From NCBI GenBank assembly GCA_030295235.1, contig AP026148.1:1-64000 (forward strand): 64,000 nt of DNA, given 5' to 3'. The notes beneath the pieces are model-generated. The model was given only the letters and a program-made list of their open reading frames with translations, was not told where the DNA came from and did not search any database. How positions within the stretch are numbered: position 1 is the stretch's first letter; every line of letters starts with the position of its first letter. The translations under genes were made by a program, and so were the position numbers. Positions 11,435 to 24,779 of this stretch are shown piece by piece. The DNA comes from Fistulifera solaris (lineage: Eukaryota).

Positions 11435-12316
11435 TTAAACCTCTAATTGTGATTTCAGAGGCGTTTCTTTTCCATCATACTCCCTTCCAGCAATACAAAT
11501 TGATGTTGTATCATTTGAAGGAACGGGTTCGGCAATGGCTGGCACACGATCTTCCTCTGTAAGAGACAGTGGTGCTACAATTTCTTGTAAGACAACATTC
11601 CCACTATTCGTCGCGTCAACAGAGGGTAAGGAACTTTCATTCACGGACGAATTGGAACTTAAATGAGGGAAACCCATGGCTCGTACTCGGGTTTCTCCCA
11701 AGACTTCTTTAGCGGCAGCGCGCAACTCGGGGGCGGTGAAAAGTTCTCGCCGACAATACGGGCATTCATCGTGTTTCGTTAACCACTCCATGCAACACGA
11801 ATAGTGAAATGTATGCTGACAAGTAGTTCCTCTCAGAATGCGCACACCAGGTTCGTAAGGAAGGAGGCAGATACAACACGCCCGATCATGCTGCAAGTCC
11901 GTCAGAGCGTCTTCGGAGGTTTCTGCTACAAAAGTCACTGGGGGCGCTTCATCGGGTTGCCAGCAAAGAGAGGAAGGAAAGATTCGAGCAAGCAATTTCG
12001 CTCGATCGCTCAAAGTTAACCCAAATAGTTGTGCCTTTCGACTCACCAGCCCCTGATCCATCTCTTCTGGCTCATACACGCAGCAACAGCAACAGCGATC
12101 CATGAAATGATTCAAGAAATATGTCGCCAGAATGAATACACTCAACAAAAAGAAACCCCACAGGAGAAGAAGCCCATATTCGCGTGCTTTTTCCTTTGAC
12201 GTTCGAGTCTCTTCCTCCGTTTGCAATGCTCTAAGATTTCCATGCGAAGCAACCTCAGCGATCTGAAGGATCCAAAAGCAGAGGAGACGCACTTGAAGTC
12301 GATAGTGTACGCTCAT
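11435..12316 (-). CDS. Transmembrane RING-H2 finger protein (putative E3 ubiquitin ligase)
   Basis: Signal-like N-terminus from ATG 12316, one TM helix (YGLLLLWGFFLLSVFILATYFL), and RING-H2 CCICLLPY...CQHTFHYSCCMEWL...CPYCR. Confidence 0.9.
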   Translation of the reverse strand: MSVHYRLQVRLLCFWILQIAEVASHGNLRALQTEEETRTSKEKAREYGLLLLWGFFLLSVFILATYFLNHFMDRCCCCCVYEPEEMDQGLVSRKAQLFGLTLSDRAKLLARIFPSSLCWQPDEAPPVTFVAETSEDALTDLQHDRACCICLLPYEPGVRILRGTTCQHTFHYSCCMEWLTKHDECPYCRRELFTAPELRAAAKEVLGETRVRAMGFPHLSSNSSVNESSLPSVDATNSGNVVLQEIVAPLSLTEEDRVPAIAEPVPSNDTTSICIAGREYDGKETPLKSQLEV

Positions 12317-13370
12317 TGTAAAGGTAGTCGTTGGTTTTTGCAGCGTCTGCGACGTCTTTGGTGGCGTCAAATATTGATCAGAGACTACAAAGTAGCTAGA
12401 CAATCGTAGCGTAGTGTCTTGAAACAATATTCTACTTTGTTTACTTTGGAGGCGGGGAACACAGCGCACAATGTTTAAGTCACAAGGTACGGTACGGTGC
12501 GGTGCGGTACCGGTAGCTTCTCTATCCTGCATAACAAGTACATTCCTCGTTCATCGTTCATCGTCATGGTCTCGTCCCTCTTCATCAAACTTCCGCCGAG
12601 AAGTCGGAACTCGGAACTGTTGCCAAGAAGGAAGCACTCGGAACAAAGCAAACAAAAGTGACGTGTCACGCTCTGAGAGTGTCACGTGTGAACCCTTTGC
12701 TGTGGAATATATTAACACGAAAAAAAAAGTATTTGGTATAAATCATGATAACATAATCAAACCTTAATATTTTGCCCTTTTTCACTCAATCTGTGCCAGT
12801 TTATATTGTAAATCACGTTCGAAAATGCGAATTCAACATTCAACAATACATGTTTCCATTTTCCATCCTTTATCGATAGTTGATAAGTACACAATGATAC
12901 GAAATAATTCCCAGGGAATGGTTCTGACATTCTTCGTTATTCGTTACACGTGCATAGTATTTAATTCGATACATTGAAGTAGTGTACACCAGGTAAGGTT
13001 TGAACATAACGCTGATTTGAAAGACCATGAAACGGACCGAGCGAAGAGCGAAACGCTGAACGCTGAACGCTAATACTAAAAAAAGTTGCGAAAGCAACTG
13101 GCTACGGGCTACCTGGTACCAGTACCTGGTCTTCGTACTTGTGTACTTGTAACCCAGCCAAAAGCCAAACACTGCTCAGCGCTCAGCGTTCTCAACCCGA
13201 AACGAGAAGACACAATTCTCGCCATATAACCAGCTACAGGCCTTTATTGGTGTTCAGTTGCTCATTGTAGTTAATAACAAAGCCATCTTTGCCTTTGCTA
13301 GTTTGGTTTCTGGCTTATCATTCCAGTAGACTGCTGCATTTCATTTCATTGATTTTCGCACGATCGCAAC

Positions 13371-14463
13371 ATGTCTGATTTGCTGATTACCGGAGGACCC
13401 GAAGAATCGTTGCAGTACGGCTCTTCTGCGTTAGGCATCGACGCGACGAGCATTCTCCCTTTGAGCGCGTCTCTCCCGATCAATATCCGGCGTTTGTTCG
13501 TGAAAATGATGCTACGCTTTCCTTTCCGGAAAAGGTACGCTGAGAAGGGCATTTTACATTTTAAGAGGTGGTTGTCTACTTCATCGTTTACTCACTTTTT
13601 CACGCCGCATATTAATACAACGCAACACAATATCAAAGCTAATTATGATGCTCATGCACATCGAACACGTGTGCATCTCGACGGGGCGAAGACCCGAGGA
13701 AGAAGCGATTCACTGGACGAATTCGGGAGATGCTTTTGTTGTTCGCGATGAGAACAGACTTAGTGCGGTGTGGCTTCGTGTCTTCTTCGGGGATACCAAG
13801 TACAGCTCGTTTACGCGCAAGCTATATAGATGGTCTTTCCATAAAATCAGCCCGTCGGTCTACAATCTTGACCGTAATCAAGTCACGATATTCGGTAGTA
13901 TTAACTTTCATCGTGAGCAGAAGCACCTTGTTTTGCAAATGGAAAGTCAGACTGCCGCAAAGCAGCGACGATCTATCATGGCGCAGCAGCGAAAGATCAA
14001 GCAACAGCAGCTATTGAAAAATAAAGAAACCAAGACATCTTTCAACGTGGTCCCCCAGATAGACCAGCAGGCCGATTCGTCATCTGACACGTTACTTGAT
14101 GGATTTGCGAAAGAGAGAGTGCCAAAGCCAGTTAACACAAAGTCTTCTCCCAATCGTCTCTCAACGCATGATCCCCATATTGATGTGATGGAAAGACTAC
14201 AGAAAGGTCTAGTTCTAGCCAACTTTCTCCGCGAAGGAGGTTATCAGGGGTCACTTTTAAACTTTCAGCGTTTGCTCGAGCACAATGGGACTCTACACAG
14301 CCTTGACGCTGGTGTGATCGCCAGTTCAGCATCGATTGCGGACCAACCATCCTTCGCCATGCAGTTGTTGAAACAGAGAATTCAGCAGCAAGAGGTGCAG
14401 TATGAGCGTATGCAAATGCAAGCTTTGGCGGCAATTATTCGTAATCGCTTTGCCCAAGAATGA
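13371..14463 (+). CDS. HSF-type DNA-binding domain transcription factor
   Basis: Splicing a GT-AG intron at 13535-13638 restores SFPEK|LIMML. This is followed by AIHWTNSGDAFVV, FFGDTKYSSFTRKLYRWSF and NFHRE (HSF DBD), then a Gln-rich tail. Exon 1 needs one frameshift to reach ATG 13371. Confidence 0.9.
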
Positions 14464-15165
14464 GGTTTGCCCGACGAAGACCGGCTCTTCGTCGGTCAAG
14501 TCGGCACTATTCCGGCTGTAGGATAGCCTGTTTGTTTGCCTACATGCTGGTTTTGTCCCTCATGTTTTCTGCAGGGACGCAGCTCCCGACTGATTTCGTT
14601 TCTCGTACAGAACGTGACTCCACGCAAACGATGGATCACCCGAGAACGGAATCAACGTCACAGAGACCTGCGCTCTTGCAACCAATGGTGATTGAAACGA
14701 TTCTTCTCGAATGACTTCACGCTTCGGCGTGGACGACACTATGAGAGAGGAATCGAGATTACCGACCCTTTGTGACACTTGTGACGATGGATGTTGTTGG
14801 TATTCGTCACACGTTACGACTATGTTCTTCACTGATTAGCAATAACTTCGAATGCTGAAGCAATTTGATTGCAGGACATATCTTGACCGTTTTGTCGAAT
14901 GACTTCATTCACTTGTGAGTGACTGAACGAAATGACGGAGCGGTACAGTGTGCTTGTAAAGCTATAGCGCAGCAAAACTTTATACTCTATACATATTCAT
15001 GTGTAAGGAAGCAAACCTTATCAACTAGGCTTACATTGAGAGAAGTAAGAGGAACTATACTCGATTGAAACCAAGTAATATGAGAAGGATCGCTTACTTA
15101 GTATTTGTTTACAGCTGCACGCTTCCAAGCCATGTGGTGTACTATCTTACTGCCGAAATTCATGC

Positions 15166-16464
15166 TCACTCTTGTTTGTATTCTCTAAGTCTTCGCTTTG
15201 ACTCTTCTAATTGGAACAAGGCTCGGGCTCTTACTTCGTTACAGCGATTCTCCATCAGATCATGTGGCGAGACTTGCTTTCGCTTCGAAGACAGCACGTC
15301 ATGTTGTTCTTTGGGTTGTGCGTAATTACCAACAAAGTGCCCAAACCCTGAATCCCCGTCTGATTTTCCTCGCCTTTTCGTTGCGGCTCCAAAGAACGAC
15401 ACTATCGGCACAGTCCTGGAGCGAATCATCGTAAGGTCTTTCGAAGCGGGATGCGATACAATCCACGAAAAAGAAAGAAGTTCATTGGGTTTGATCTCAT
15501 TTTCTCGTCGACTTGGTAGCAATGGCTGATAAGACGAATCTTTATCTGTAGTTCTACCTTTCACTCTTCGTCCGGAAAGCTCTAACATGGATTCGGAATT
15601 TCCCGTTTTTAGTTCGATCATGAGTTTTTTGTACCAGAGATGGGTTTCTACCTCGATAGCTAACTCTTCCTTCTTCTTCTCTTCGTGAATGACCAGCTCC
15701 AAAGCTGTTGATTCGTTTCCAACAGGCTTTTCTTCAAAGATTTTCTCAAATTCTTCCAATTGTCGGTCAACAATTCTTCTTCGAGCTTTGAGTTTCTTGA
15801 AAAGCTCATGACTGAAGGGCAAAAGAGGAAGACCAAAGCTATCCCTGGGAGGTGACGACGCTTGACTAACATTACTAGATCCAGATCGAGGGCTCGCTTG
15901 TTCATGCGCAGCGTTGTCAAGGAAACGTTCCGAGCTTTCAATTACGCCCGAAGGGTTCTTGGTTTTGAGAGAGTCCGAAGTCGAAGGAGCAGTTGAGTGA
16001 CTTGCATACCTTGCGTCGTTCTTATCGACTGAGAGTACAGTATGTAGCGCCGAATGATGATTCGGAGGCGTTGCCAATGTTTCATTGTTAGATAAAAGAG
16101 TGATCGATGAATCATCATCACGGCGATCATCAAAGTCTTCCCACCAGTTTAACGATGTATTCAACAAGTCGTCGTCCTGATTTGACAAGTCCATATAGTC
16201 GTCAGATTTCACGATGCCAAGCATAGTCTCTCGGTATGATTTCGGATGATTCGCCGCAGTTTGTGTGCTGTAGGTGCCGCTGCTAGTTGTGCTGTAACTC
16301 TCGTAGCTGTCAACACTTTTTCTTTGATTCACCCAAGTGGGTGCAGCGATACCAACGAGACCCTTATTCTCGTTAATCGTGACATCAACTGTTATGTCCC
16401 TTACCGATTGAATTAGTATTTGTGAGGGCGAAAGTAAGTAAGCTGGTTTTGCTTCTTCGTTCAT
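15166..16464 (-). CDS. Hypothetical protein (432 aa, Ser/Asp-rich with central coiled coil)
   Basis: Long intact ATG-initiated ORF with no recognisable domain. Confidence 0.7.
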   Translation of the reverse strand: MNEEAKPAYLLSPSQILIQSVRDITVDVTINENKGLVGIAAPTWVNQRKSVDSYESYSTTSSGTYSTQTAANHPKSYRETMLGIVKSDDYMDLSNQDDDLLNTSLNWWEDFDDRRDDDSSITLLSNNETLATPPNHHSALHTVLSVDKNDARYASHSTAPSTSDSLKTKNPSGVIESSERFLDNAAHEQASPRSGSSNVSQASSPPRDSFGLPLLPFSHELFKKLKARRRIVDRQLEEFEKIFEEKPVGNESTALELVIHEEKKKEELAIEVETHLWYKKLMIELKTGNSESMLELSGRRVKGRTTDKDSSYQPLLPSRRENEIKPNELLSFSWIVSHPASKDLTMIRSRTVPIVSFFGAATKRRGKSDGDSGFGHFVGNYAQPKEQHDVLSSKRKQVSPHDLMENRCNEVRARALFQLEESKRRLREYKQE

Positions 16465-16971
16465 TTTTCAATTGTTGGGGAGTCTTTTGTTAGTCTATCG
16501 CCTCACTTGATGTGCTCAGCGCCCTTCAAACTTGTCGAATCGCGACTCTATCACTTCCGACGAAAGAAGATCGATTCAGTAGAAGATCAAGTGGATTGTC
16601 TATCTTGAACGGTGTCAATGACTTGTTCGTTCATGAAATAATAATGAAGTGCATGAAAACAAAAAAACAAAGCCTGCATGCATCCAGATATTGGATTTTT
16701 GAAAAACAAGACAACTCTTGAGTGTTACAGAGCGTCGCGGGTATGCCCTATTATGTATCATGCGGTACAGAATTATGCTATGTGAAGAGGCGGCGTTTCG
16801 CAACGTAAAAAAATACTTGCAGGCCAAAGGAATTTACTTAGTAGGAGAGTCGGTACACGAAACGCGCAACGTCGTTCGGATCCGGCCATCCAGTCTCAGT
16901 CAAGGGTAAAACACGACTTTTCGACTCCGCCGCCTACAACCTGATAAGTCCGCCTTGAAAAAACTTATGGT

Positions 16972-18922
16972 CTAGTCACCCGACTTATCGTCATCTAGGA
17001 CGAGACCGCCAAGCACTTTGGTCCACAGATAGTCTATCTGATAATAGGGGTCATGATGGTAGCGTGTAGCGACAGCGCTGTTGACGAAATACTGGACGAA
17101 CCCCGAAGAAATAGAATACGCAAGAAGAAGAAAAAATCCCGGTCCCATGTCTCCATTGACGCCCAGAATGTCCGATCCTGCATCACCTGCTAGGCGATTG
17201 ATTAGTGCATCGAATTTGTACTGCCGATGAGGACGGAGCGTGAGAAAACCACAACTTTGTCAAAAATGTGGCGATAAAGATCTTACCTGAACTATATAAA
17301 CTCCCATTAACAATACGTCAACACTTGCAAATGTCCAAATCGAGTCGCCAAGCTGTAAGATCATGCTATTGGAAACAGCACCGAGCAATGCCAGCACTTG
17401 TATCAAATGCACAACAAGAGGCGACACGACCACAAGGAGCAAGTACGCCATACATAGTGTCCACATGGCAGGTTCCGCGGAACTGTCACGCATCGCTTCG
17501 TCACTTAAAAGTTCCGTTCCTAAAGTGAAAATGTTGTAGCTTCTCTCGCAAACAACATCTCGTTGCTCTCCTTTGGTTGTTTGAAAACGCAATATTTCTG
17601 AAATCGACCCAACAACATAGAGAGCAATGCTCGTCGCCCATGAAAGCCCAACGAAAAAGGTTGCAAACGTCAGGCTACGACAAGAGTGTCCGGGACTCGA
17701 GGAATTGTACGCATTTTGAAACTGCAATACAGCCATTAATGGTTTTTCGACGTCGGTCGTTTCTTGTGCCTCATGGTCGGCCTCCTTATTGTGTTCCTTC
17801 AACGACTCTTGATGCAAGGCTGCCATCCATTCAATGTGCCAAAACTCCCAGAAAGTGGCCAAGAGAAATGCAACAATCGCTGGACGTGCTTCGCCACGAA
17901 TCATAATCGTAGTTTCGCCTATCAACGCTTGGAGCCAAACCCCAACCAGGAGAATGAGAACGACCTTTCGAAACATAGTCTTGTTAGACACGATGCAGCA
18001 TTCACTAACTATCCTTGCGATGCATACTTACGTAGACGTCGACGAGCGTGTATTTGCCCAGTCGCTTGAGCCATTTCAGCAGCGTAGATCTTGTCTCAAT
18101 CGAAGGGGTCATCCAGGCAAACATGAGAAGAATGTTTTTAAGATACGGCCAGATTCCCGAAAAGATCACAACGAGAAAGGCCAGCAGCTTGGCGTCTCCA
18201 TTCCACGCATCTTGCAAAGCGTTCAGAAACTTGATTTCGTACACTGGATAGTACTCAATAGGAGTTCCTTCTTGTTCTTCCGCATCAATGATTATGCAAG
18301 TATCACTTTGTTCTTCTTGTTCTCGACGACGATGATGGTACACATAACGCGCCGAAGAAAAAAATCCAGTGCAATTGTAAAAAACCTCTTGACAGGGAAG
18401 ATTGCATGTTTGACATTCATTTGATTGAGAATCTTGGGCACAGACAAAGGCACATCCATTCTGCAATCCACACTGCGGCAAGACTGCAAAGCAATCTGCA
18501 CATGCGGTCGAATAACCGAAATTTTCAACAAAGCATTCTGTATTGCATTGCACATCAACAAGACAACCTGTTTGTTGCGAACAGAATGAATTGGTAGTGC
18601 TGCGATTCGCGGCTCCTCCCAGTGCATTCCAGACCTCTGTGTCTTTTAAAGTACAAATGCCCGTAGCATTATTTGTTGTGTTTGTATTTATATCGACACG
18701 AGGCTGATTCGAATAAATGACACCCGAAACTCCCAAATGAGCGTACAGCATCAACGCCGCATTCAAAACCAGTGAAAGCGTTTGTAAATATCCCGTTCTT
18801 CGACTGTATTTTAAAGCCAAAGAAAAGAATGATGACAAGGACGAATCGTCAGTCCGAATATCATCGCTTCGTCGATTTTGCTGCTGCAAATCTTCATTCA
18901 TGTCGTCATTCATTGCACTCAT
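16972..18922 (-). CDS. Multi-pass membrane protein, paraquat-inducible protein A (PqiA)-like, with N-terminal Cys-rich domain
   Basis: Motifs LAFLVVIFSGIWPYLK, LGKYTLVDVY and a second half-repeat IWTFASVDVLLMG. GT-AG introns 17965-18031 and 17221-17286 join three exons in frame to a TAG at 16972. Confidence 0.75.
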
Positions 18923-19053
18923 TCTTTCGCTCGACACTGGAAAACCAAAGAATGATTATAAATTAACAATTAAATCAAGTTGCCTCTTATCGAAAGAATG
19001 AAGGCGCATTCACGTTGAGTATGACTATAAAGCAAAGTGTAGGCTAAACTTTT

Positions 19054-19115
19054 CCACGACTAAATATCAGTCATGAATTTATGATGCATGACTCATGACC
19101 GAAAGGCAGTCGTGG
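19054..19115. promoter_or_regulatory. Dyad element copies 3-4, back-to-back pair (19054-19076 minus, 19093-19115 plus)
   Basis: TCATGACTGATATTTAGTCGTGG (minus) and TCATGACCGAAAGGCAGTCGTGG (plus). Confidence 0.65.
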
Positions 19116-19169
19116 ATGATAGTAATGGTGCTTTCGGAGCAGCAGCTCAACATTATTATTTTTGCTGCT

Positions 19170-20963
19170 TTTATTCATCGCAGTCATCAGCAACATCATC
19201 AATTGCTGCTGCTTACAAACTATTCATTCGATCTTGTTCTCTTCTCTTCACCTCATTTCCTTTTTTGATTAAAATTACATCGTGTAGACAGAAACATGAT
19301 ATTTAAGCTAAGGCAATTGGGGAAGAAGGACTTGATTGATCGTAAAGACATTGGCATTGCAAGCTCGACTGTTTTCGCTGACAATCCGCGGCAAAGCATC
19401 CCAATCGTTTCCTTTTCCAATTTGAAAGACAGCGTCATTGACGCAGAGCGTATGCGTATTCTTTCCGTTCACCATTCTCAAATGCTCGTCGCAAAGCGAG
19501 ATCCGTTGAATACAAAACATCATCAGCAACAAAATGAAACGAGAGAATTTCAAGAGGAAGAGGATGATCGCCTGAAATTTGCGTTGAATCGAATGTACCC
19601 CCAAGACTCGCAAAGGCATCATTATTTGGAGCGAACACAGTCCATTCATGATCTTGTAAAATCGATGCGAGGTCGCTGTCCGTCAAAATAGCACAAAAGG
19701 TCGACAAATCGTCCGTGTTACACAGCGTCTCGACCGCCAGGTTGTGAGAGATAATACAAGAGGGTCGCTCAGAGGCATCCATTACTTCCAACTTCTAGCG
19801 TGCAAGGATCAATGCTACGTACCAACGGTTTCACACTCATCTTGAGCCTGCTCTTCGGGGATCGCTAAGGCTTGACGAATTTTCTAGATTTGGAAGGAGA
19901 ACTTGGTTCGTCAAGTGCAGTAGGCCAGAACACGCTTGGATGTCAGGAAAAACGATTTGAGGCTGTAATTCCTCGGCATTGGCATCGCCCGTTTGGAAGA
20001 TCGTGTCACCATCACACATTGTAGTCGTGATTGACGCCGTTCGTCATGGCGATGGATGCATCGCACTGCAAATCAGAAGAAGATACAACTCCTTCCGTTA
20101 AATGATAAAGAAGAACGTTAGTGAGGAGTTCCGTGTTGGAAGCAATGCTGTCCAGTAAACTGCCCAGGTTTGTGAATGCATCATCGATGGGCGTGAAAAG
20201 GTCCAGGATCCTTCGGATAGGACGTTATCGAGGCCAATCTGCCTAACCAATGTGCAATGTGTCGACAATAGACTTGAATCGCATACCATGTTGGCTTTTT
20301 TTTATTGGAAAGAATTATGATGTGAGGAAGTTTATGGTCGTTTTATCAGTGCAATGCGGTTGGTTTAGACGCACCAATGGTTTTGCAATCTGGTACAGTT
20401 TGGGGCACCGGTACAAATTTCGCGGGTAGGATTACGTCATCAATGATATGAAGGACAGAAGAACAGGTGTTGATGTTACTGGCGACAATTTGGGGCATAT
20501 TGTCGGCGCTATTCCCATCTCCAACTTGGTATGCTGTTCGTCTTGACATACAGTGCTACTGGTTTGTCCATTTGCCATTTGTATACTGCTTGCGCCAGCA
20601 AATCATTGAAGAAAAGCAAGCCGTCGAATACATGGTAAAGAATCAAATCGGTTAAGTCGTCAGTGTTGTTGAAAATACTACGAAGATTTTCTCCGATGTT
20701 GAAGAAAGCATTGTTGGTCGGTGCGAATACGGTCCAGTTGCCCTCGTTCAAAGCAGATTTAAGTCCTGTTTGCATGATGGAAGCACAAAGTGTCAATAAA
20801 GAGCTGACGCGACAGACAAGCTCACCTATTGAACAGAACGAAGAGGAATGAGAAATAAGCTAGCTCACACATTCCAATTGGTGGCGTGCTTACCGACACT
20901 CAAGCACTGTCCCCTTGCAATTGAAAGGACTGAGGCCGAAACCAGAAGAAAGAGGAATATCAT
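19170..20963 (-). CDS. Secreted fasciclin protein, 3 FAS1 domains (heavily frameshifted; possible pseudogene)
   Basis: Signal peptide MIFLFLLVSASVLSIARGQC from ATG 20963. Three H1 (WTVFAP.N.AF-like) and H2 (LHII..V.LP-like) motif pairs. 3' end approximate. Confidence 0.85.
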
Positions 20964-21500
20964 TGTTGTACTTCTTGTGCCTAACAAGTTGCAAAAAGTG
21001 AAAGGCGACTGAAAATGCTTGCTGACATGTGCGTAGTCTCGATTCAATTTTCGGCTCGATTGTTGTTAGCAAAGGCGTGCTTTTGGTGCGGTGACTCGTG
21101 CAAAAGGAAAAAATGGGCATAACGTAAAAGTTTTGGATGGGCCGACGGCATTTTTGTGTTTTATGTCTTATGGAAGCAATCGATTTCGTACTGGCTCACT
21201 GCTAAGTTATGCCTCATCACTAAGTCAAGATTACCGGAAAAAGCCGAGCTCAAGATGGTTTTTCTTGACCAGAGGTGATTGAATGGAAGAACAGAGAGAT
21301 TTCACCGCAAGGAAAATCGCCCCTAGGGGTGGTATAGACAAAACGTGTGCAGTACAGGGATCAATTATTGAAAGCATCGTTGATTGAGACTGGGGTCGAA
21401 ATATCTACTGGCGTAAAACCAACTAAGCCACACACGGTTTAGAATGCCACTGATATACTGACTTGTTGTGAAAAGGATTCCTTAAGCTAACCTAAGTAAT

Positions 21501-24112
21501 CTATGAGAGCCTTTTAAGGGCTGGAAGTATGACTTGATTCACGACAAAGATTTGTCCGTTGCATGCCTCAAAATTTGGGCCAATTTGCGGCATGGCTTCC
21601 CAACTGTTGCCCTTGCCCATCTGGAAATTGGAGTCGTCAACACAAACGGTGCAGGTTTTTTTTCCATTGACCATCTTGATTCTGTCATTGCATTTGAGAT
21701 CCGCTGGAGAAAGTTCCTCATCGACAACATGGTACAAGACAATGTTGGTTAGGAGCTCATTATCTGCGAGAACGGCGTGAATCATTTCTGAGCCGAGATT
21801 CATGAAAGCTTCATTCGTAGGAGCAAAGACTGTGAAGGAACCCTCGCTTAACGTCCCTCCTAATCCAGCTTGGCGTGATGGCAGTGCATAATGTCGAAAA
21901 ATCATGGGTGCTACAAGCAATCTCAGCTGAATGAATGGTAAGAGGAAGTGGTATTCCAACAAAATCTCGAAAAAATCTTGTGATTAACTCACCGATTGTA
22001 CTGCAGGAAGTTGGTGTAGCTTTTTCATCGGCGCCCCATTTCAGGCACCATGTCCACCTGGTCAGGCTGCCGCAATCACTGCTATCATGACTTTTGTCTC
22101 CGAGAACTAGCACTATCTCCTCTGCCTCTGTATCACGCATCACATCTTCTATATAAGGGAGGATGACTTGATTCACGACGAAGATTTGTCCGTTGCATGC
22201 TGGGATATCGAACTCGACGATTTGCGGCATTGCGTCCCACGAAGTTACCCTCGCCTGTTTGAAAGATTGCTTCATCAGCACAAAAAGTAGTTGTTTCTTT
22301 TCCACCGGCCATTCTGATCTCTCTATTGCATTCAAGGTCAGAGGAAAGCAGCTCCTCGTCAACTACATGGCACAGAAGAATATCCGTTAGAAGATCACTA
22401 TCGGCGAGCACGGGCGTTCAACATTTCGGAGCCAATATTTGTGAATGCTTCATTCGCCGGAGCAAAGACTGTGAGGGATCCGCCACTTAGCGTTTCGCAG
22501 TCCGGCTTGCGTCACGGCGGTACACAGCGTTGAAAAGTCTTCTGTGCTACAAGCGATCTCAGCTATTATGCCATGTGAGACAATAATCCGCTCTCAAGGT
22601 CTCGATTAGCGAAGCATGATGAAAACTCACCGATTGTACTGCAGGATGTCTGAAGTTCCTCATCAACTGGTTCTGGTTCCGGCATCATTTCCTCCCCCCT
22701 CAGGCATTTCATAATCACTGCTATCATTACGTTCGTCTTCCATATCTGGCTGTCGTCTCCCCCTCTTTCTGTTTCAACCATTAGGTTCTCCATGTTGGGG
22801 AGAACAAGTTGATTCACGACAAAGATTTGGCCGTTGCAGGCGGGGATATCGAATTGGACAATTTGGCGGCATAGCATCAGGAGAGTTTCCTGCGCATGTT
22901 TGAAAGATTGCATCTTCAACACAAACGGTGGTCGTTTTCTTGCCATTAGCCATCGTGATTCTACCGTTGCATTCGAGATTGGTTGAGAGCAACGCTTCAT
23001 CGACGGCGTGATTAAGGAGAATATCGGTGAGGAGTGTGTTGTTGGCAAGGACTATGTTCAGCATTTTGGAGCCAAGATTCTTAAATCCATGATTAGTTGG
23101 AGCAAAGACGGTGAAAGATCCGCCGCTCAATGTTTGTTCCAGTCCGACTTGCGTCATGGCAACGCACAAGTTCGACAATTCTTTGGTGTTACAAGCGATC
23201 TCAGCTTCAATAATTGAGGGAAACAAAACGGAACGGCGCCAATGATGTGAGACTATGGTGGTCTGGCTGTTGTTTTTGTTTTCAAAACCGGGGAAGTCAA
23301 CTCACCGATGGTACTGCAAGTAGTGGGTGCGGCCTCTTCAATCTCCTCTTCTTCGGGTTGCGTTGTCTCCTCATTTTCCTCTTCCGCTTCAGCCATGTCT
23401 CTCATGTTGGGGAGAAGGACCCGATTCAAGACATGTAAGCGTCCTTGACATGTTTGAAGGTCTTGGCTGATGATTCGGGGGAGATCCTCCCATGAATTTC
23501 CGTTGCCTTTCTGATACAAACAATCATTGGCACAGACGGTTGTCGTTTCTTCAGCATTTGCCATTCTGACACTACCGTTGCACGAGATCAGTTGATAGCA
23601 ACTCTTCATCAACAACATGGAACAAAAGAATGTTCGAAAGCATAGTATTATCGGCACGGATAGCGTCAGCGTAATTTGGAAGGAAGCTTCAAAAACGCTG
23701 TCGTCCGTAGGAGCGAAGATGGTAAAAGATCCCTCGCTCAGAGTACTTGTCAATCCAGCTTGTGTCACGGTGGCACACAAAGTCGATAAGTTAACAATGC
23801 TACAAATAGTTTCGGCTGCAATTGAAATGGCACAAACAAGGACGTGAGAAAATCATTTATTCGATCGGTATCTTGGAAAACTTGAAAAAACTGATCTTAC
23901 GGATGGATCTGCAAGCAGTGGGTGCGACGTCATCAGCAGATCCATTCTCAGGCATGATTGCTGTTGCTCCTTGTGTCGCACCCGGCATGGTTGCTGGAAG
24001 CGAGAAAGTAATCGATGACGCACGTGGAATAAAAAATTGCAGTCTTGTCGGGAAACGTACCACTCGCATGCGCAACAAGCGTTGCAATAATCAGATTCCA
24101 AATAGATGTCAT
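21501..24112 (-). CDS. Secreted fasciclin protein, 4 FAS1 domains with acidic linkers (frameshifted)
   Basis: Leader MTSIWNLIIATLVAHASG from ATG 24112. Four FT[VI]FAP / ...NQV.LP-type domains, each preceded by a phase-1 intron after C-x-[ST]-I. Confidence 0.88.
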
Positions 24113-24779
24113 TGTTGATTTTGTGCTGTTATTCTGTAATTTCTATTCCTGGTCGTAGCAGAGATAGGATGATGATTATGACTCAAAAAATGAGGACGGA
24201 AAACGAATTTGGAAGCAATCGTCCCAATCCCTCGACGGCGTAGCCAGGACCCAGGACACAGGACACAGGACTGCTCGTTCGGAGTAGTTCATTTGCTGAC
24301 TGCGACTACAAAGTACAAAGTATCATGTTCGGCGGTTTTGTGCGTCATCGCTCGACTTGCACGGAGTATTATTTAGAAAACAGCACGAAACGGCGTGACT
24401 CAAATTTTAAAAAATCATGTCCAAATGAATCGTGTTTCTTTCAAAATCAATGTAGAAAATATCAAAGCTCTTTGAAAAGAGCGGGAAACAAGCAACTTTT
24501 CCATGCATACTAGAACTAGGACGACGGGGAATGGTTGGAATTGGTGACGAATGAGGAACGCGCTTCATGAATCAACGAACGTTAAGGTGGAGTTAAAGAC
24601 GGAATTCATACTCTAGACTACGTGGCTCTCAGTCCATGCAAATCATTGAGCTTGTGCACGAACACTTGTGCCGAGTGCCAAGTGTGTTTAGCGATGTCAT
24701 CAACCTTTCCAGATGGACGGACTCCACCTAGGTATAAACTCGCTTTTTAATATACATATTATTATTATCAACGAGCGAC

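Noticed and set aside
14680..14935. Possible C/D-box snoRNA cluster (several CTGA, TGACGA, duplicated CGAATGACTTCA)
   Set aside because: No canonical RTGATGA box C with a terminal stem and no recognisable rRNA guide. An Infernal/Rfam scan would be needed.
15805..15825. TCATGACTGAAGGGC half-match to the dyad element
   Set aside because: Left arm only and inside a CDS, so not counted. Half-sites near 5351, 26840, 39168 and 45795 were also excluded.
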